Below are positions 58,577 through 64,000 of a DNA stretch of 64,000 nucleotides, in pieces. Under the pieces are notes generated by a model. The model had not been told where the DNA came from and did not search any database. It was given only the letters and a program-made list of their open reading frames with translations. Each line of letters opens with the position of its first letter. Position 1 is the stretch's first letter. The stretch spans positions 1 to 64,000 of IMG/VR virus record IMGVR_UViG_3300037467_001806; one strand, 5' to 3'. The translations under genes were made by a program, and so were the position numbers. Source of the DNA: a virus.

Positions 58577-59037
58577 CGCAAGCCCAAAACCGCGATCCGC
58601 GGCCGCAACAAGGGGGGCGTCAAGAAGACGCTCGTGAAGAATTGACTTGGACCCCTCCGTCGCTTTTGCCGGAGCCGGAACAAGACCCGGATTACGTTTA
58701 TCGCTGGGTGCGTGTCTCCCTCCTGGGGGACGACGATCCGGTGAATGTCAGTGCCAAGCGCCGCGAAGGGTTTGAACCTGTCCCGGCAACGGAGCAGCCG
58801 CACATGACTGGCGTGAAGTCCGGCAAGTACAAGGATTTCATCGAAATTGGTGGGCTCCTGCTGTGCAAGGCGCCGCGTCGCATGATGGAGCAGCGCAAAG
58901 CGCACTTCGATCGCATGACGAAGCAACAGCAGCAGTCGGTCGACCAGAACTTGATGAAGGAACAGGATGCACGTATGCCCCTGTTCAAAGAATCGAAAAG
59001 CAAGACCACAACTGGAAATTTCGGCAAGGGCGAGTAA
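58573..59037 (+). CDS. hypothetical head-module protein
   Basis: ATGA coupling; internal ATG of track ORF 58543..59037. Confidence 0.6.
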   Translation: MTQAQNRDPRPQQGGRQEDAREELTWTPPSLLPEPEQDPDYVYRWVRVSLLGDDDPVNVSAKRREGFEPVPATEQPHMTGVKSGKYKDFIEIGGLLLCKAPRRMMEQRKAHFDRMTKQQQQSVDQNLMKEQDARMPLFKESKSKTTTGNFGKGE

Positions 59038-59068
59038 GCACCTGCCGGTGACTTACAAGGAGTAGGAA

Positions 59069-59668
59069 ATGGCACTGACTTCGGCACCGTACGGGCTCAA
59101 ACCCGTCAAGCTGATTGGCGGTCAACAGTTCGCGGGCCAAATCCGCGAAATCAAAATGACCACCAACAGCTCTGCTGGCATCTTCAATGGCGACCTCGTC
59201 AACATTGCAAGCGGCCAGCCTACGGCCGTGACCGCCACTCCGACTACCACCGCCAACAGCAATACCCCGGTTGGCGTGTGCGTCGGTGTGCGTTACACGC
59301 CTCCCGGCTTCGGCGAGCAGCATGCGCAGTACTTGCCGGCCAACGCCATCACCAATGGCTATCTCAACGTGTGGATCAAGGTGGTGGACGACCCGGATTG
59401 CTTGTTCCTGGTCCAAGCCGACGGCGCTGTTGCGCGTTCCAACATCGGCAAGAATGCCCCGCTGGGCAATTTCTCGGCGCAATCGACCACCACCGGCAAC
59501 AGCAAGATTCAGTTGGTGTCGGCCTCGATCGCAACCACCAACACCCTGGCTGTTCGCATCGTCGACATGCTGGAAAATGGCGCATCCACGGCCGGTGATA
59601 CTTATACCGACGTGTATGTGAAGTTCAATCAAGGCGTGCACGCGTATCAAAACGCGACTGGCGCTTAA
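59069..59668 (+). CDS. head decoration/cement-type protein (putative)
   Basis: SD AAGGAGTAGGAA. 199-aa Thr/Ala/Asn-rich, beta-type protein immediately upstream of the major capsid gene. Confidence 0.45.
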   Translation: MALTSAPYGLKPVKLIGGQQFAGQIREIKMTTNSSAGIFNGDLVNIASGQPTAVTATPTTTANSNTPVGVCVGVRYTPPGFGEQHAQYLPANAITNGYLNVWIKVVDDPDCLFLVQADGAVARSNIGKNAPLGNFSAQSTTTGNSKIQLVSASIATTNTLAVRIVDMLENGASTAGDTYTDVYVKFNQGVHAYQNATGA

Positions 59669-59683
59669 TAGGGAGCCTGAATC

Positions 59684-60595
59684 ATGGCAATTTCACGCGC
59701 ACAGGCTCTCAAGGAGCTGGTCCCCGGCCTGAACGCTCTGTTCGGCCTGGAGTACAAGAAGTACGGCGAAGAGCACAAGGAAATCTTCGATATCGAGAAG
59801 TCGGATCGCTCGTTCGAAGAAGAAACCAAGCTGTCTGGCTTCGGCATGGCCGGGACCAAGACTGAAGGCATGGCGATCGACTACGACAACGCGCAGGAAG
59901 CATGGACTGCGCGTTACACGCACGAGACCATCGCCCTGGGCTTCGCCCTGACCGAAGAAGCGATCGAAGACAACCTCTACGAGTCGCTGGCTTCCCGCTA
60001 CACCAAAGCGCTGGCCCGCTCGATGGCCTACACCAAGCAGGTGAAAGCAGCCTCCGTGCTGAACAACGCCTTCTCTTCGAGCTACCTGGGCGGCGACGGC
60101 AAGTCGCTGTGCGCCACTGACCACCCCACCGTGGCCGGCGGCACCAACGCCAACAAGCCTTCGACCGGCGTTGATCTGAACGAGACCGCGGTGGAAGCCG
60201 CTGTCATCCAGATCGCTGCCTGGACCGATGAGCGCGGCCTGCTGATCGCGGCCAAGCCGAAGAAGTTGATCCTGCCCCCGGCCCTGCAGTTCGTGGCCAC
60301 CCGCCTCTTGAAGACTGAAGGTCGCGTCGGTACCAACGACAACGACGTCAACGCCATCAAGAGCAACGGCGTGATCCCCGGCGGCTATGCCATCAACCAC
60401 TGGCTGACCGACACCAACGCCTGGTTCCTGACAACCGATGTGCCCAACGGCCTGAAGATGTTCCAACGCGTCGCGCTGAAGACCGGCATGGACGGCGACT
60501 TCGATACCGGCAACGTGCGGTACAAGTCCCGCGAGCGCTACAGCTTCGGCTGGTCCGACCCGCTGGCGATTTGGGGTTCGGCCGGTTCGACCTGA
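59684..60595 (+). CDS. major capsid protein (HK97-fold type)
   Basis: 303 aa, followed by a strong terminator. The composition and length fit major head subunits I recall (..AIDYDNAQEAWTARYTHETIALGFALTEEAIEDN..). Confidence 0.75.
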   Translation: MAISRAQALKELVPGLNALFGLEYKKYGEEHKEIFDIEKSDRSFEEETKLSGFGMAGTKTEGMAIDYDNAQEAWTARYTHETIALGFALTEEAIEDNLYESLASRYTKALARSMAYTKQVKAASVLNNAFSSSYLGGDGKSLCATDHPTVAGGTNANKPSTGVDLNETAVEAAVIQIAAWTDERGLLIAAKPKKLILPPALQFVATRLLKTEGRVGTNDNDVNAIKSNGVIPGGYAINHWLTDTNAWFLTTDVPNGLKMFQRVALKTGMDGDFDTGNVRYKSRERYSFGWSDPLAIWGSAGST

Positions 60596-60645
60596 TCCGT
60601 CAACTGTCTCTCCTGTTGGGTGATATTTGGGTCACGCCCACGGTT

Positions 60646-60674
60646 AGCCCCTGGTGATCCCAGGGGCTTTTTTC
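60646..60674 (+). terminator. intrinsic terminator after the capsid gene
   Basis: AGCCCCTGG-TGATC-CCAGGGGCT followed by TTTTTT. Confidence 0.75.
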
Positions 60675-60692
60675 TAAAGACAAAGGAATATC

Positions 60693-61148
60693 ATGGGATT
60701 CTTCTCTCACTTGGGCGGCGGCCTGCTCGGTACTGCGAAAAGCGGCTCCGGTGCCAACATGGGTGCAATCGTCGTCTCGCAAACGAATGCCATCGCCTTT
60801 GCGGCTGATGGCACTTCCACCCCCTTGTTCACTCTTCCGGCCGGCGCGCAGATTCACACCATGCATGTGGACGTGACTACTGCCTTCAATGCCGCCACCA
60901 CCAACACCATCAAGCTGGGCACGGCTTCTGGTGGCACGCAACTGATGACCGCCACCTCCGTCAGCTCGGCCGGTCGGCTGGCCACCACCAACATGTCGCT
61001 GTCTACCATGGCCAACGTGGGCACCAGCGACATCACGGTCTACGCCACGTACAACCAGACCGGCACTGCAGCCACGGCTGGCGCGGCGACCATTACGTTG
61101 CTCTACTCGGTGCGCAATGCGGATGGCTCCGTTGGCAACCTGCCGTAA
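60693..61148 (+). CDS. virion structural protein
   Basis: SD AAAGGAA; Thr/Ala/Gly-rich, beta-type 151-aa protein. Confidence 0.6.
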   Translation: MGFFSHLGGGLLGTAKSGSGANMGAIVVSQTNAIAFAADGTSTPLFTLPAGAQIHTMHVDVTTAFNAATTNTIKLGTASGGTQLMTATSVSSAGRLATTNMSLSTMANVGTSDITVYATYNQTGTAATAGAATITLLYSVRNADGSVGNLP

Positions 61149-61158
61149 TAGGTGATCC

Positions 61159-61434
61159 ATGGACACCGATGTTCGCTCAAAAAACCTGACGGCCACCGGC
61201 GCCATGGGCACGAACGGTCGTTGCCGTATCAAGGCGATTTATTTCGCCCCGACGGCAACGGCTGGGTCTGTGTCGATCAAGGACGGCGGTTCGTCCGGCA
61301 CCGAGATCATCAAGGTCGATACCAATTCGGGCAGCACGACGTACATGCTGCTCCCCAGCGCTGGCGTGTTGTCGCTCGGCGACCCCTATGTGACGCTGAC
61401 GACTACCACGTCGGTCACCATCTTCTACACCTGA
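61159..61434 (+). CDS. small virion structural protein
   Basis: 91 aa, same compositional style as the previous gene. Confidence 0.6.
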   Translation: MDTDVRSKNLTATGAMGTNGRCRIKAIYFAPTATAGSVSIKDGGSSGTEIIKVDTNSGSTTYMLLPSAGVLSLGDPYVTLTTTTSVTIFYT

Positions 61435-61444
61435 AGGAAGCATC

Positions 61445-61627
61445 ATGATGAAATCCCGCGGTATGGGCTGCGTCAAAATGGCAGCCGGTGGCAAAGTGAA
61501 ATCTCCGATGCCGCCGATGGCACCCGGCAAAGGTCCGAAAGCACCGAAACCGATGATGCCCAAAGCACCGGCACCCGGCGGCAAGGCGATGCCGTTCAAG
61601 AAGGGCGGCAAGGTGAAGGGCTGCTGA
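61445..61627 (+). CDS. Lys/Pro/Gly/Met-rich 60-aa basic peptide
   Basis: MMKSRGMGCVKMAAGGKVKSPMPPMAPGKGPKAPKPMMPKAPAPGGKAMPFKKGGKVKGC; repeated GGKVK. Confidence 0.55.
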   Translation: MMKSRGMGCVKMAAGGKVKSPMPPMAPGKGPKAPKPMMPKAPAPGGKAMPFKKGGKVKGC

Positions 61628-61628
61628 T

Positions 61629-62327
61629 ATGGGCGCTCTGGCCAACCTGGGCGGCATGCTGGGCGGGCTCGGCGGTTATGGAACCGCCGGCAAGCTCGGT
61701 TTCATGCCGTACTCCGACACCCAGCAGCAAGGGGTCGGCATGGGCGGCCTGTACGGGGGGCTTGGCCAAAACGGCTCCCCGCTCTCTTCGCTTTTCGATT
61801 ACGCCAATTCGCAAGGCGGCATGGGTGGCCAGCAGCCGGGGCAGATGTATGCCAACGGCACGCAAGGCTTTTCGTTCACGCCTTGGAGCAACGGTTCGAC
61901 TTCGACGGCCCAGTTTGTTGGCCAGATGCCGCAGCAACAGCAGCAGGCCCAGCAGCAAGTAGGTCCGTCTGGTGGCTGGGGCCAAGGCCCGTTCGACCCC
62001 AACAAGGTGCCCAACAACACCTGGACGATGGGCCAGGTGGCCGCCTACAACGCGCAGGTGGGTAACGGCACGCTCAACAGCGGTGTGGACTATTACCACC
62101 TTCCTACCCTGGACGAAGCCCGCGCGAGCTGGGAAAACGCCGGCAATGTAAGCCAGCAGCCAGCGCCGCTGCCGCAGCCGCCGCAATGGTCGCAGTCCGT
62201 ACCAGCGGCGGGCCAAGGCAATTCGTACGGCCTGGGCAGCCTGCCACGCGCACCTATCTTCGCCATGGGGTTCAACCCCATCGCACAACGTGACGCAGCC
62301 TATACCGCGTCCATGGGGGCAGAATGA
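61629..62327 (+). CDS. Gly/Gln-rich virion protein
   Basis: Low-complexity G/Q/M/N-rich 232-aa ORF. Confidence 0.6.
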   Translation: MGALANLGGMLGGLGGYGTAGKLGFMPYSDTQQQGVGMGGLYGGLGQNGSPLSSLFDYANSQGGMGGQQPGQMYANGTQGFSFTPWSNGSTSTAQFVGQMPQQQQQAQQQVGPSGGWGQGPFDPNKVPNNTWTMGQVAAYNAQVGNGTLNSGVDYYHLPTLDEARASWENAGNVSQQPAPLPQPPQWSQSVPAAGQGNSYGLGSLPRAPIFAMGFNPIAQRDAAYTASMGAE

Positions 62328-63019
62328 CCGCGTCAACCACGGCTTCCGTCAACTTCGACCTGTTTGATCTCGTCGAAGAAGCGTTCGAGCGCGCCACCGG
62401 CGGCAACCGGATGATGCAGACCGGCTACGACTACAAGACGGCCCGGCGCAGCTTGAATCTGCTGACCATGGAGTGGGCCAACCGCGGCATCAACATGTGG
62501 ACGCTGGATCAGGGCACGATCCCGCTGGTTGCAGGCCTGGCTGGTTATCAACTGCCGGCTGACACGATCGACATGCTCGACTTCGCGCTGCGCACCAACA
62601 GCGGGCTGACCAGCCAGACCGACGTGCCGTTGGTGCGCGTATCGGTCCCGCAGTACAACGCTCTGGTGAACAAGAACGCCACCGGCCGGCCGACGCAGGT
62701 GATGGTGCAGCGCATATCGCCCTATCCGGTGATGACCTTGTGGCCGGTCCCTGACAACGACAATTACGTCCTGGTGGGCTGGCGCTTGCGTCGCATCCAC
62801 GACGCGTCGGCGCCTGGCTCACAGACCATGGACGTGCCGTTTCGGTTTGTGCCGGCCCTGGTCGCCGGCTTGGCCTATTACATTTCCATGAAGGTGCCCG
62901 AAGGTACGCCCTACACGGCGAACCTCAAGGCGGACTACGACGAGTTGTTTGGCAACGCTTCCATGGAAGACCGGGATCGTTCCACGACCGTCATCGTGCC
63001 TAAGATTGGACGGGTATGA
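62324..63019 (+). CDS. putative head-tail adaptor/neck protein
   Basis: ATGA coupling; 231-aa globular protein. Position after the head genes suggests this role. Confidence 0.5.
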   Translation: MTASTTASVNFDLFDLVEEAFERATGGNRMMQTGYDYKTARRSLNLLTMEWANRGINMWTLDQGTIPLVAGLAGYQLPADTIDMLDFALRTNSGLTSQTDVPLVRVSVPQYNALVNKNATGRPTQVMVQRISPYPVMTLWPVPDNDNYVLVGWRLRRIHDASAPGSQTMDVPFRFVPALVAGLAYYISMKVPEGTPYTANLKADYDELFGNASMEDRDRSTTVIVPKIGRV

Positions 63020-63330
63020 GCATTTACGCGTCCGGCAAATATGCGAAGGGTTTGTGCGACCGCTGCGGCTTGACGTATAAGCTGCTGGAACTCAAACCCC
63101 TCGTTGTCGCGCGCAAGCAAACCGGGTGGCTGGTGTGCCCGTCGTGCTGGGAGCCGGACAATCCGCGCTGGTTTTCGCCTGCTATTTCTGGCGATGCCAT
63201 GACGCTCAGGACGCCGCGCCCGGACAACAAGAATGCGCCTGGGCTGGTGGCGATTACCTGGGGCTGGAATCCGGTGTGGTCGATTGAGGCCAAAGCGCAG
63301 GTTGGTACCGTGACGGTGGTGATCCAATGA
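63016..63330 (+). CDS. small zinc-ribbon virion-module protein
   Basis: CDRCG ... CPSCW pairs. Confidence 0.55.
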   Translation: MSIYASGKYAKGLCDRCGLTYKLLELKPLVVARKQTGWLVCPSCWEPDNPRWFSPAISGDAMTLRTPRPDNKNAPGLVAITWGWNPVWSIEAKAQVGTVTVVIQ

Positions 63331-63977
63331 CTTACGACGAAATCAAGCAGTACCTGCAGGATTACCTGGAAAACAGCGAGCCTACGTTCGTCGCCAATAT
63401 CCCTGTCTTCGTCAAGATGGTGGAAAACCGCGTCTACAACGAAGTGCAACTGCCGGCGCTGCGCAAGAACTCGGTTGGCTCCTGCGATGCGGGCAGCCGT
63501 TACCTGACCGTTCCGGTGGACTTCTTGTCGGTCTATTCGCTGGCCATGCTGGACAACACCACCGGCGAGTACACGTACTTGATGAACAAGGACGTGAACA
63601 TGGTGCGTGAGGTATATCCAAATCCGACGATACAGGGCCTGCCCAAGATGTACGGTCAATTCAACTCCACCACCTTGATTATCGGCCCCACGCCGGACAA
63701 GGCGTATGGGGTTGAGCTTCACTATTTCTATTACCCGGCGTCGATCGTCGATAGCGGCGGTGAGAGCTGGGTGTCCAAGAACTTTCCGAGTGTGATGCTT
63801 TACGGCGTCATCGCGGAGGGATATCGCTTCCTGAAAGGCGAAGCGCAGCAGCAGCAAATCTACGACGACCAGTATGCACAGGCACTCAACCTCCTGCGCA
63901 ACCTGGGCGAGAGCAAACAACGCGAAGACGCCTACAGCACCAATATGCGACGTCCTTCCACCACTGTTGGAGAGTGA
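63327..63977 (+). CDS. putative neck/head-completion protein
   Basis: ATGA coupling; 216 aa. A further ORF appears to begin at the GTG at 63980 and runs off the window. Confidence 0.5.
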   Translation: MTYDEIKQYLQDYLENSEPTFVANIPVFVKMVENRVYNEVQLPALRKNSVGSCDAGSRYLTVPVDFLSVYSLAMLDNTTGEYTYLMNKDVNMVREVYPNPTIQGLPKMYGQFNSTTLIIGPTPDKAYGVELHYFYYPASIVDSGGESWVSKNFPSVMLYGVIAEGYRFLKGEAQQQQIYDDQYAQALNLLRNLGESKQREDAYSTNMRRPSTTVGE

Positions 63978-64000
63978 GCGTGGCATTGACTCTCAAACGA

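Noticed and set aside
1-64000. Diversity-generating retroelement (BPP-1 style) associated with the tail fibre
   Set aside because: No reverse-transcriptase-like ORF (YxDD) is present in the window, and I saw no template/variable repeat pair near the fibre 3' end. An exhaustive repeat search could not be done by eye.
1-64000. Prophage, integrase/attachment site, CRISPR array, rRNA, or modified-base biosynthesis genes
   Set aside because: No tyrosine or serine recombinase motifs, repeat-spacer arrays, rRNA-like sequence, or recognisable PurZ/DpdA/thymidylate-synthase-type ORFs were seen among the translated frames.

Overview
The window reads as a nearly complete genome of a GC-rich tailed dsDNA phage. 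I saw no host genes, integrase, rRNA, CRISPR array or canonical tRNA. There are two convergent transcription blocks. (1) Plus-strand late/virion genes are split across the window ends. 48.8-64.0 kb holds small terminase, a run of small ORFs, large terminase, portal, a GroES-like protein, scaffold, decoration and major capsid proteins, and neck/tail proteins. 0-15.6 kb holds the tail-fibre C-terminus, a GH108 endolysin cassette, Gly/Gln-rich internal virion proteins and a 1877-aa HExxH protein. This split fits a circularly permuted or wrapped genome. (2) A minus-strand early/replication block spans 15.7-48.3 kb. It encodes primase-helicase, family A DNA polymerase, SNF2 helicase, Cas4-like and VRR-NUC nucleases, a Lar-like protein, an AAA+/vWA pair, an M28-like peptidase and many small ORFs. 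Near-consensus sigma70-type promoters drive this block. The blocks meet at a nested-hairpin terminator (15.6 kb) and diverge around an AT-rich inverted-repeat region (46.7-47.2 kb). The most unusual observations are: (a) a 90-aa ORF in the +1 frame inside the 1877-aa gene that carries the genome's GC3 codon signature while the host frame loses it; (b) about 15-17 diverged paralogues of an 80-100 aa protein family with a shared core, L-L-x-A-A ... I-x-G-V-G; (c) an ~18-nt leader element, CTAACTT-N-AAGTGAGGA, repeated at least 14 times just upstream of start codons; (d) consensus promoters followed immediately by a terminator hairpin or a tRNA-like structure; (e) a lipoprotein with 20 collagen G-X-Y triplets between terS and terL. 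All functional calls rest on motif recognition by eye, with no database search, and many start codons are uncertain because the ORF track also uses GTG/TTG starts.
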